DNA of 64,000 bases, taken from assembly GCF_009914755.1 (NCBI RefSeq), contig NC_060932.1; one strand, written 5' to 3'. The stretch's first letter is position 1. Each line of letters begins with the position of its first letter. The DNA is from the human T2T-CHM13v2.0 reference genome, Homo sapiens. Shown here in pieces: positions 12,663 through 25,291 of this stretch. A program made the translations under genes and the position numbers. The notes under the pieces are model-generated. The model was not told the origin of the DNA. It saw only the letters and a list, made by a program, of their open reading frames with translations, and did no database searches.

Positions 12663-14442
12663 ACAAATATATGCTTTTAAGTAAAAGTGTTACTAACAGA
12701 AACAAAGAAGGCAGTCTTTATGATTGCAGGCTTACCCACCAAAATAAGTCCAGAGGTTCTTTATTTTATAGTCTGACACAGAAATCATACATGTTGCCTC
12801 CCAGGCAGCAACACAAGAGTGTTGTCCCTTAAAGACTGGCCAAAGAAGGGGTGCTCATCAGCCAAGGCCCACCTGCAGTGGTTAACAAAGGATCCATGGG
12901 GCTCAGTCTCTGAACTCATTTCTCTGTAGCTGATTGCAATTTTTGTTTTTCAACCCATGACCTGGGTTGACCTGAAACTGCCTTTGTCTGGCTCAATCAC
13001 AGACTTTCCAATCCTCCAGTTTCACCGTCAATTTTCCAGGGTGCCTCGGTTTTTGTGGCTAGTAGCATCCTGTGATCTACTGTGCTCTTGCTGCTATGAC
13101 TGCTGGCACACTGGGACATTTGGGGGTTATGTGACTGAGTCATGCCAGATAATTTCTTTGTTCCATCTGCCTATTCCTTGCTCCTGCCTGGGCTGCACAG
13201 ATTGGTGGTTACTATTTATTAACTTTTGCAATGAAATCATATTGCATTTCAGGGTCCACACCAGAGGCCAACTATTAATTCTAATATTGGAAGTCAAACC
13301 AAAGTTCATGGGCCACACCAAAGTCCACTGCTATGTGTCAGAACAGAACAAACAAAAAGCCAAGCTGAGCTAGAATTGGCATGGTAAACAGCCGCTAGAA
13401 GAAATCAGAACTGGAAAAACCAAAGGGGAGAATCCAATCAATGTCCAACTTGGCTAAAGATGTAGTCTTGCCATCCGAGACTTACTGCAAAGGGCTAGAG
13501 TCATGTTTCCCAGTGCATGCTGTGGGCTTTGTCAAACCTGCTGCCTATCAGCTGATAGCAAGAAGGAAATCACCACAACCATGCACTCCTATTCCCAGCT
13601 AACTCTTCCCTTCACTGAAATGATGAAATGATGGTGGCATTCTGGCTTTGCTCGGATTACATAATACTCACATTAAAATGGGGATTAATAATGGAGATTT
13701 CACTAACAATCATGAGCACGTATATTCACACATATTATTTCCTCCAATGCCCACTCTTAAAAGCAATATGAAGCTCCTTATAGTAAACACTATAGCTATA
13801 ATACGTCTATTAAAATGAGATGAAAGTGCACAGTGGCAAGTAATGGAGTAGCAATAGAGACAGGCCAATGAATCGTGAGTTTCAAACCTGAAGTTTCTGG
13901 TGGCACCTGCAGAAGAAATGAAAGGCATAACTGTCAAATGAAACTTATCATTATGCCCTGCAAAAAGTAATCGTTTGGATGCGAAAACCACTACATGCCA
14001 GAAACTGATTACTTTATGCAATCGTCTCATCAGTGCCATGTTTTAAAAGAGAGGAAGACAATTTATCCCAAGTCAGAGCAGCAGTGGAGGAAAAGCTAGA
14101 TTTGAGGGAATAACATCCTCACTCTAATGTCTATCTGTGTTGCCCTAAACAGAGGCTGCTTCTCCATGGGGATATAATCAGGCCCCAACACAAAGATCAG
14201 CTTACAAAGATTAATTCAGTTATCCTAATTGTTTTAATCTTGCTGACTTTCAAAAGTCCATTTGTTAATTTACTTAACATATTCATTCAATTTCTGTCAT
14301 GTGTGCAAGGAATACACAGATGATGAGAGAGTTTTGCCCTCTGTCCTCAAGGAACTTACAAAACCAGTAGAGAGAGACACATAATGAATATATTATTAGA
14401 GCAGATGCCCAGTGTATGCTTTTTCTGATGATAAAGATCATC

Positions 14443-14590
14443 ATGAAGAAGAAGAAGATGATGATGATGATGGTGACAGTGATGTTGATGATGATGTCAC
14501 AGGGAGGCAAAACAGAAGGAAAGGAAGAGGAAAAGAAGGGTAGATGGAAGGAGAAACAGAGGGGGTACAGGGAGAAGGACAAGGAAAAAA
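14443..14590. repeat. (GAA)/(GAT)n degenerate trinucleotide run followed by a purine-rich tract
   Basis: 'gaagaagaagaagatgatgatgatgatggtgacagtgatgttgatgatgatg' then G/A-rich sequence. Confidence 0.85.
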
Positions 14591-15639
14591 TCTAGTCATT
14601 TTTAGACATTACTCTAGCTCAGTGCTACATCTCAGCACACCTCCTGAGTCCTGGAGCCCACCATCCTCTTAAGTTTTTTTTCTTTCTTTCTCTCCAGCAA
14701 TGAAGATTCAGGCTCAAGCTCAAAAGCCATCTCAGCATAGTTCACTGAGTTACTTCAAGTGAGACAACATTATTAAGTGCATTGTCACTTTGCTTTGCTT
14801 TGTCTTTACAAAAAGCCATCAAAAATACTCTCCCATGCATTGGTCATGATAAGGACAATGTCATGGCTGAAGATGACCCTGGAACAGATGAAGATGAGTT
14901 TCAGATGAGGATGAGCTGCCACCACCTTCCCTTCTCCAGAGCTACTGCTGAGCACTGGAGCATCTGTCCCTTGGGGGAGGTGGTGGAGGGCAGGAGCAAG
15001 GGAGCAAATAAGACTTTCACAAAAAAAGATTCAATTTATTCCAGGGTCCATGTGGCTGCATTAGTAATGGTGAAGGAAATAGATAACCAAGATTCATCTG
15101 CCACTTGAGAAAGTGCATGCAGAATGGTCGATACACTTGTTTGTTTTAATAATGGATTAGATGCTATATGGAAAATGTAAAACTCCTGAAGCTCCAAATA
15201 AGACAGCTAATATCCTACCTGCTATGAATTTCAAGCACTCTATCTTAGCAACCTCTTTTGGAAAGAGCCCAGAAGCAAGTTGGAAAGCAGTGAGTGCTGC
15301 CCTAGTCCATGGAGGTGGGGTGTCCCCTTCCCCAGAGCAGCCAGGATGTTCTGATGTGGTGTCATCCTCCTGACCCTACCACAGGCCACCATTTGCACTG
15401 GGGGAAAATAGTACTCAACTGCATCTCAAGTTGACAGAGCAACCTTCTGGTCTCTGGCCTGCTCTCAACTGGCAGTGTAAAGTTCTCTGTATCACTTGAC
15501 CTTTCTGAACCTAAGATGAGTCCAAAATCAGTAGTAGCAGTGGTGCTGGAAGAAATAAAGAAGTGGAAAGAAAAGTAATAATAACATCCAATTAACTGCC
15601 TATCACTTGGCTTACTACCTACCATTTAGCAGTAATAAT

Positions 15640-15770
15640 TACCCCTGCACTTCAAAATAGATGTCTTTCTCTTTGGTTTCAGAAGAAGAGAGACCGAGAC
15701 TCAGACAGGGTCAAGCCGTTGCCCAAGGCCACAGAGTTGGTGAGTGGCACGGCCAGGACTTGAACCCTAG
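15640..15770 (-). mobile_element. MIR core fragment
   Basis: 'gagaccgagactcagacagggtcaagccgttgcccaaggccacagagttggtgagtggcacggccaggacttgaaccc' matches the antisense MIR core. Confidence 0.8.
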
Positions 15771-18459
15771 TAAAAATCTTTTTCCTCTGCCTCAGCTTTC
15801 ATTATGTAATGCTGCCTCCCTATGGGGTTCCCCTGGTGACTGCTTGTATGCAAGGGAGAGTGGGAAACCCAGGATACCTCTCAGAGTTCTGATGTTAGCA
15901 GGCAATTCTCTGGGAAGAGGGAAGGGAGAAACACAAGTGCACATGGGCAGCCATCGTGTGTCTGGGTGTCAGAGGACAACCATGCCCTTGTCCTTCCATG
16001 TATTACTGTAGCTCACTCCCCCATCCATCAGCCTTCTTTAAATGCAAGCTAGGTTTTTGGGCTTCACCTACCTTCCACTCTTTTCTCAACTGAACACAAC
16101 CTGGTGTGTTCCCTCATTTCACAAGTGAAAGTATGTATTCTCAATCTCCCTAATTATTGAAATACCACTTCTGTTTTGGTTGTATGAACCACACTTTCAT
16201 GTTTTCTTTCTATCTCTGATTGCCCTCAGACTTAATTGCCTGCAGCTTATCATCTGGCTGCTTTGATCATATCTCTGGTTTTTGCTGTAAGTCCTCTCCT
16301 CTCCTCTCTCTTCTGTTCTTTTCCCTGCTCTTCTCTCTCCCCACATGCTCTTACTGAGCAATCTTATGTACTTCTTTGGAGTCAATTATCACTATGAACT
16401 GTTATCAATGCCTCCCTAATATCTGTCATGAAGTAAGCGGTCAACATCATTTAAATATTTTTAACAATAAATAAGTAAATTATTAATAGGTAAATGGATT
16501 TAAATGTCTAACAATTGGAAAAGGGCTCTGATTTAGAAACATACATCTCAGATTTATCTGTATTGAGATGACACTTAAAGCCAAAGAAGTGGCTGAAATT
16601 ATCCACGGAATGTGTGTTAGGAAAACAAAGTCCTAAGGAACACTAATAGTTACAGGAAGAAGAGAGAATGGGGATCTCTTGGAGAAGTGACAGTTACCAA
16701 GACAGTAAGAGTGAAGTGCAGAGGACATGCAATGTTAGAAGCCAATGGAAGTAAAAGTTTGGTGGTAGAGGGGTGGTCGACAGGCTCTGAAGGCCCAGCA
16801 AGGGCACAGAAACATGCCCTTCAGATTTGGCAGTGGGAAGGTCACTGCTGCTTCCAGGTGGGAACTTTCAGGGTCACTCTTTTCCCATCAGGCCAGGTAC
16901 TTTTATGCCTCTAAGTCTTTGCACATTCCATTCCCCTACATCTAAATTGCTATTTATTTCTCCATTTCTGTTTCTGACAAGCTTATATTCATCTTTCGAT
17001 GCTTGCTTATTTAGTCAACAAATATTTATTAAATGTTTACTATGTGAAAGGTATTGGTTTGAAATCCCTCAAATGTCATTTCCTTTATGAGAAATTCCTT
17101 CACCAATCCCCCATGCAGATGCAAAGGTTTGCTTCTCTGTGCAACCACAGCACCCTGTACACCTCTGACCAAAACCCTCAATCCCCAGCCCACTGAACTG
17201 TGGACAGCTGTTTACTCACTCTCTCTAGAACAAATTCTTGAGAGCAGGAAATTGGTTTTATTCCTCTCTGTATTTATAGCACCATATTTTATGTTAAATT
17301 CATTTATCTACTGACTCTTCACCTTTATTTAAAAATCATTTTGATTTTTATCTCTTTTCTTTTGATACCTGACAGGTATCAATGATACACTGATGGAAGC
17401 CCATGTTCCCTGTTATAAAAGAGGTTACATTTATTCTCGTTGGAAAAAAGAATCATATATGTTGGAAGTATCATTGAATGGATTTGAATAAAGGAATAAT
17501 TGTGGCTATGCATGTATAAGGCAAGCTACTTCCCTTCATCACTCTTTAGTTGTTATCCATTAGAAGAAAGATTAATTTCTTCCATGACAAAAATGGTAGT
17601 CTCATTTTTATACTTACTAATTAATGACCTGTTTATAAATAATTCCTGGCTTATTTCACAAATGTCTGAAGTAATTCTGCTTAATCTCTACCATGGTCAC
17701 AACTTTACCTGTTCCAACATCTATCCAAGCAGCATGTCTTAAAATTTGAAGAAATTGTAAATAATGGGGTAGAGCCACTCACTGGAGGTATGAACAAGCT
17801 GCCAAATTGCTCTTCAATTTTTAAATTGCTTTGACACAAGCAGCAACCATGAAAAAGATAAGCTTAGTGCTTGTCAAACCACAAGTGCGCTATAAGCAGA
17901 TTTCAGAGAGGATTTTATGTATGGCATGCCACAGTCTCACTGGGAGCTGAAAAGCAGTTGTGAGCATATCTGGCATTAAGGGAAATTATTAAAACTCTAT
18001 GATTTGAAATGGATGGTTTGCTTCCTTTTCCTTATCCCACTGCAGATTCTACTGACCAATAATTTTAGTCCGTCCATTTATCCCCTGTGCCAGGATAAAG
18101 TTTCGTAGGGGAAATCTAAACAGTTTCCAGAGTGGACTCTCATTCCTTGCTTCCTTCCTGCCAGCTTCTCTTCACATGTATTAATTTTTAAAATATCTAC
18201 GATAAGGTACTCTCTGTGATAAGTTATGTGAACACAAAGGCAAATGTGACCCAGTCTCTGACCTCAAGCATTTCTGGTCTAGATAAGAAGCAAGAGACTA
18301 AGTTTTTCCCTGCTCTCTTCTTTGTGCTCCTAAGGCAGCACCTACATGATTGCATCATAACAACAGAGTGCATCATAATTATTTCAACTATTATCTTTAT
18401 TTGCCTAATGCTCTTCTTCTACATATTCTGTTTACAGACCTCACCACTCTGATTGCAAG

Positions 18460-20765
18460 AATGAGTCTGTGACTGAGACCCGGCCCATCAGAGTAAAGCA
18501 TCCGCTGGTAACACAAGTAATTTAGGAATGTCCACATAACCCAAACCACACAAACTGGAAGCCCTCTCTAAGCATTTTCTGCTGGAACTAAGAACAAAGA
18601 GTTTTTTTAACTCTTGCATGTAGTAAATTATAAGAATATGACTCAACATGATAGCACATTTACTGTCACATGGATAAACACATGAGAATAAAGATGATTT
18701 TGAGAGAAAAGTGGTGATGAGAAGTAGACAGAAAGATATCTAGCAACATCAAGTCATTTATTCCTGTCTCAGATATAACTGGATTTCTCTAGTTAATATG
18801 TATAATGTAAGAGAGTTTTTGTTTATTTGTTTGTTTGCTTAAGTTAGATCAGGTTGAGATTTTGACACTCCAAACTCAAAGAACCCTGACTAGCAATTGG
18901 AATTGATACCAGAAGTGGGGACAACAATTTTGAAAACCAAAATGTGGGACTGGGTTTTGTCAAGATGAGATAGGGGAATCCTCATTAATCACTCTCCACT
19001 CCCCTGATCATCTTCAGCTAGGAAATATCTTGTTGAAAAGTAGAACAGCATTGGGTTACGGGTTTCTTGTGGTATCTTGAAACTTCAACCATGTGCCCAA
19101 CAAAACCAGAATATCAGTGACTTAGTAGAAAAATGTGATGATATTGGACTGTAGGCTCTGTTCTGCATTCTTCAGTAAATTTCTACAACAAAAAGACAAA
19201 TTGATTTACCTGAAATCACAGAGAAATCTGTATGCACCTCTACATAAAAAATTCTTTCTACACAGCCTCAGCAATGCTAAACTGGAAAGGTTAAGGCAGG
19301 AAAGTCCTCTGTAGAATTGGAAAACTAATTGTTTTACCCCGTCATAAAGTTAGTATAAGCAAAAACAGGGCAGTGAGAAAAGTGAAAGAAGATTAGATTC
19401 TTCCCTGCCTACCCAAGGTAATCATTCCCTATGGCCTAAGCAACTTGGATGCAGTGGTGGGCAGGAAAGGGAATTAGCTTTAACTTATCATCCTATCCTT
19501 TCTTTCACTTTACTCTGAGGTAGGAGTCAAGACAGAAGCCATTAATCTGATGGTCAAAATGTCAGGCCTATTGATAAGCAATCAAAGGGGTATGGTACTT
19601 ATTTAAAGATAATGACCAGACATATATTCTTGCATCAGACTTCCAGACTAGTATTTTAAAGAATACTTAAGGCTAGATAAACACCAAGTATCAAAAAAAG
19701 AGGTTTGGATGGCACATTCCCTAAGACTGTCCTCAGGCTCATTCAAGGATATTCAGCAAAGATTCAACCATAGAATGGGATTTCTTCTCACTGTACAACA
19801 CCTTTTATGAATGGCCCAGGATGATGCCAGGTAAGTGAATTCACCCAGTAGGTAGATTCTGTGGCAATCATATCAGTTGAAAAAGGATCTCAGTCTATTA
19901 CTAACAAGCAAGACAATGAATGGATGTACATTTCTATCCCTATCCATTGGAGTATTGTATATCTGGCCAGTGGCCGCTGAATATTACTTCCTCTTCCTCC
20001 CTTTTTCCATGAGACAATTATGTTGATTAATATTTTACCTCAGGAATGCTTATTAGAGAAAACAGATAGTCATATTTATCATTAGCTGAAAGTATACAGA
20101 ATCTTTTTATGCCCCAACTAGATCTCAGAGAGAGGAAGGCACAGTATTTTAAAACCCTGGATTTGAGGAAGAAATAACATCTGGACATAATTTTAGAAGC
20201 AGTAATTACAATGGGTAGCTGTTATATTGGGAAGGAGTATTTTTTTCAATTTTTATATGCTAAAAAGATTTTGTAAGTATTCTAGAAAATTAAAGACTTG
20301 ATTGTAAACAGTACACAAGACTCCTTTCTTCTGGTAATTGGAAATAATCTCCTTTGGCTACCACTAATATGGGCAAATCCACATTTAGGTCTCTAAAATT
20401 ATTCTGTCTCCTGAGGATGTTTCAGGGTCAGCCTGTATGTGTATTTGGAACTTTTCTGCTACAACCATTGAGGGATGGTCTCCTCTGTTCTCAAGAGTCT
20501 TGCAGCTTCAAACATAAATCCTTAAACCATTCGGTGGCCAGTGTACCTGTTTGAGGAAGACGAAATCAAGGGGGAAGAGAAAAGGTGAGCCCAACATAGA
20601 GTTCTCAGTTTTGGTCTCTGATGTCCTCAGAACTTTATTGGTTCTTGTGGCTCCCAATACAATTATACAAACCAAACTAGTATCTTTCCAGTTAATTCCC
20701 TTTGTCATTAAGCTGGTTAAAAATGGGTCTCTTTCACTTCTATATGAAGAAGTCCTGAAAGGTAC
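18460..20765 (+). mobile_element. Ancient MLT1 (J/K/L-like) MaLR: probable LTR (~18460-18895), internal (~18896-20300) and LTR (~20302-20765)
   Basis: The first LTR-like end 'ttgtttgcttaagttagatcaggttgagattttgacac...aaagaaccctgactagca' is followed by the MaLR-internal-like start 'ttgataccagaagtgggg...accaaaatgtgggactgg'. A second LTR-like end is 'ccctttgtcattaagctggttaaaaatgggtctctttcactt...gaagtcctgaaaggtac'. Confidence 0.55.
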
Positions 20766-20973
20766 TGTTATCTTTTCCATGGAGTCATTGAACATTCACG
20801 TAATGTAACTGAATTTCTTTAACAATTATACAAATTTAACCCAAATTGGTAAGTCATTCAACACTTTTAATTAAGAAGGAATCACTATAAAAGGCAGAAT
20901 TTATATAAATCATTATTAACAGCCTTCCAATTTAAACATTTATTGTCCTCACAAACAGTATGACTCAATCAGG

Positions 20974-21698
<725 letters not shown>

Positions 21699-21739
21699 CA
21701 GGTATTATAAATGTTCATTCAATAAATACTATATAGCTA

Positions 21740-21975
21740 AAAGGCAGCAAGGCAGAGTGGCCGAGATCCTGGCTTCATAGCAGGCAAGGCCCAGGGTGGA
21801 CACCCATTATCATTTACTAATTGTGTGGCTTTGAACAGCTTAACTATCACCCAGCCTAATTTTCTTCACCTTTAAGATTAGCAGGATACTAGGAATGTTG
21901 TCAGCGTTAACTGAGTAATATAAGCAATACTCTCAATATTGCTATTGTGCATAGTTCATGATCAATAAATGGTGT
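21740..21975 (+). mobile_element. MIR, near full length
   Basis: 'catttactaattgtgtggctttgaacagcttaact...cagcctaattttcttcacctttaa...gatcaataaatgg'. Confidence 0.7.
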
Positions 21976-22749
21976 TCTCATTGATACCCTCAGCCATGTA
22001 CTCAGATGTTACTAATAGGATGAGAGATTCCCATGCATATCTGTAGTCAGAGCCAGGAACATTTATTCCCACAATGCTCTCTGGTCATTATTCTAAACTA
22101 TCTTGGTACTAATCAGTAATCAAGCTTATGCAACCACTCTGTGCAACGCCCAGTCCTGAGTGCTACAATGTACCTTGAATGATGCAAGAAAAGGCCTGAA
22201 ATGAAGCACAGAGAAAGAAATAATTTAGAAACTCAAGTGCTCACTTCCCTACACCGCCCCTCTCTTTCCATTTCATATGTAACCAGTGGAACATAATTAT
22301 GAAAAACTCAATTAAGATAAGCTTGTCTTAAAAAAATAAACACACACTCAATTTATATCATTTCTTGGAATTAGTTTGGAAGGGGAAAATTCTCATAATA
22401 CTATTAAATTTCCCATTCAACTCTCAGCCAAAGAACAAGGGCTGCTGGCAATAATTGCTTTTTAAATGACTCACTGCAACTCAGGGTAAACCCTGCTGTA
22501 ATTAGTCTTGCAGAGAAAGTACCTTATGAAGAGAATTTGGACAGACCCAAAATACCATTTTGTTCTTTCTGCCTCTTTCCATGAAATCTTTTCAGTCTTT
22601 CATTTCTGACAGTTGCCTAGTAAGTCCATTTAGAGAAATTATCATTTTCCCTTGAAAAGCTAAGCAGCCAAGTGTTTAGGTAATGGAGCCACAGAATTGT
22701 CCTTCAAGTTGGCTTAGAGAGCTCATTCAACTGTAACTCTTGCCCCTGC

Positions 22750-23097
22750 CATGCTCTGGGTGTCTGCTTCATGGATTGCACTCTGCAAAACTGCTTTTTC
22801 TATTTCTCTGCACACATGGCAGGTAAATGACCTCTTAGCTCAGTCACAAAACAGACCCAAATCTCAGTTAGGCACCACACCCAACTACATGGTTTCTCAA
22901 TGCAATGTTCCAATGCTAAATTCCAGGGAAAAAGAATCTAGTTAGCCCAGTATGGGCCAGGGATCATCCCTATTTACTAAGTTCTGGCCAGGGAGAAAAG
23001 CTCATGAAGCACAAACAATTCTCCCCCTTTGGAGGGCAAGGAACACAGTTGTATTAGAGGCTGTGAATTGAACAGATGCCCAGAAAGGTTCTACTGT
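22750..23097 (-). mobile_element. Old MLT1 (K/L-like) LTR fragment
   Basis: 'aaattccagggaaaaagaatctagttagcccagtatgggccaggg' resembles an antisense MLT1K-type segment. Confidence 0.45.
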
Positions 23098-24981
23098 TCA
23101 CATAGTATCTCTACTGAACATATAGTCTCTCTAGTTTGCTGAAGAGGAAATTGAAACCCAGAAAATCAAAGCCCATCAAGTTATCAAACCGGTGAGTATG
23201 TAGCTTTGAACTCAGATCTTTCTGACTATAAAGCTTATAACTTCTATTAAATTAGTAAGTAGTTGTCATAGTGGAGTGTGCGATACATTCCACTGGCTTT
23301 AAGAAGAAAATAAGTATATAGCCAAATTCAGATCAAATTCAGAATAATATCATAATGGTGGTGTGTGAATCATCTGTGTCTGTGGTATAAAAGTTAAAAC
23401 TATTAAAAATAAGTGTAACTACAATAATTTGTTAAAGAATATACAGTGTAAAAAGATGTAAATTGTGATTTTGATGTCACAACTGACATCATTTTACATT
23501 GTATATGGAAGGGGAAATTAAAAGTGTAGAGGTTTCATATGCAATTAAAGTTAAGTTGTTACTAGCTTAAAATAGACTGTTATGTTTTATGTAAGCCTGT
23601 AACCACAAAGCAAAAATCTATAGTAGCTATGTAGGAGAAGAAAAGAAAGAAATCAAAGCATATTGCTACATAAAATCATCAAATCACATAAGAAGATAAC
23701 AAGAAAAGAACAAAAGGACAAAGGATATACAAAACAGCCAGAAAATAATTAACAAAATGGCAACAGTAAATCCTTACCTTTTAATAATATAGTATACCTT
23801 GAAGTATATCTTACCTATTATTTACTTTGAATGTAAATAGATTAAAATCTCTAAATGGAAGACATAGAGCGTGGATGAATAAAAATAAAAAATAAAATTT
23901 AAAATTAAAAAAATAAAAAAATATAGGACCCAAGTATATGCTGCCTATGAGATACTCACTTCTGCAAAAAGAGCATTCATAGACTGATAGTGAAAATATA
24001 TAAAAATATACTCCATGCAAATGGAAACCAAGAAACAGCTGATTATCTATACTGTTACAAAATATACGTTAAGTCAAAAACTGTAAAATGAGATTTACAT
24101 AATGATACAAAGGTCTATTCATCAAGAGGATATAATAATTATAAAAACATATGCACCTAACATTGGAGCACCTAAATATATAAAGCAAATATTAATAGAT
24201 CTGAAGAGAGAAACAGGTGGCAACACAATAATAGTAGAGAACCTGAATACCCTACTTTCAACAATGAATAGGTCATCCAGACAAAAAAATCAATAAGAAA
24301 ACATTGAAATACACTTTAGTCCAAATACACCTAAAATATATATACAGAATGTTCTATCCAACAGCAGTAGAAAACACATTCTTCTCAAGCACACACAGAA
24401 CATTTTCTAGGAGAGATCATATATCAGGCCACAAAACAAGTCTTAACAAATGTCAGGAGATTAAAATGGTATCAACTATTTTATCCAACCACAATTGCAT
24501 CAACAACAGGAAGAAAACTGGAAATTTTACAAGTACAAGAAAATTAAATGACATGCTCCTAAAACATCAATGAGTCAAAGAAGAAATTGAATACAAATGA
24601 TAATGGAAACAACAATGTATCAAAAGTTACAGAAGTAGCAAAAGCAGTTCTAAGAAAGAATTTTATAGTGATACATGCCTACATTAAAGAAGAAGAAAGA
24701 TCTTGAATAAACAACCTAATGTTACACCACAAGTAACGAGAATAAAAAGAACAAACCAAGCCCAGAGTTAGTAGGAGAGAAATAACAAAGATTAAAGAAG
24801 AAATAAAGGAAACATATACTATAAAAATTATGGAAAAAATAACAAAACTGTGGGATTTTTGAAAAGATAAAATTGACAAATCTTCAGCTAGACTAATAAA
24901 AAAAGAGTAAAGAAAATTAAATAAAATATGAAATGAAAGAAGAGACGTTACAACTGACACCATAAAAATACAAAGAATCCC

Positions 24982-25291
<310 letters not shown>

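Noticed and set aside
12957-13373. 138-aa ORF in non-repeat sequence
   Set aside because: No recognisable domain or coding-like composition; this length is expected by chance in 64 kb.
14782-15108. 108-aa ORF with an acidic patch (AEDDPGTDEDE)
   Set aside because: Non-ATG start, no family resemblance and no convincing flanking splice sites.
16290-16345. Long polypyrimidine tract as a splice acceptor
   Set aside because: No adjacent YAG; probably low-complexity or L2-derived sequence.
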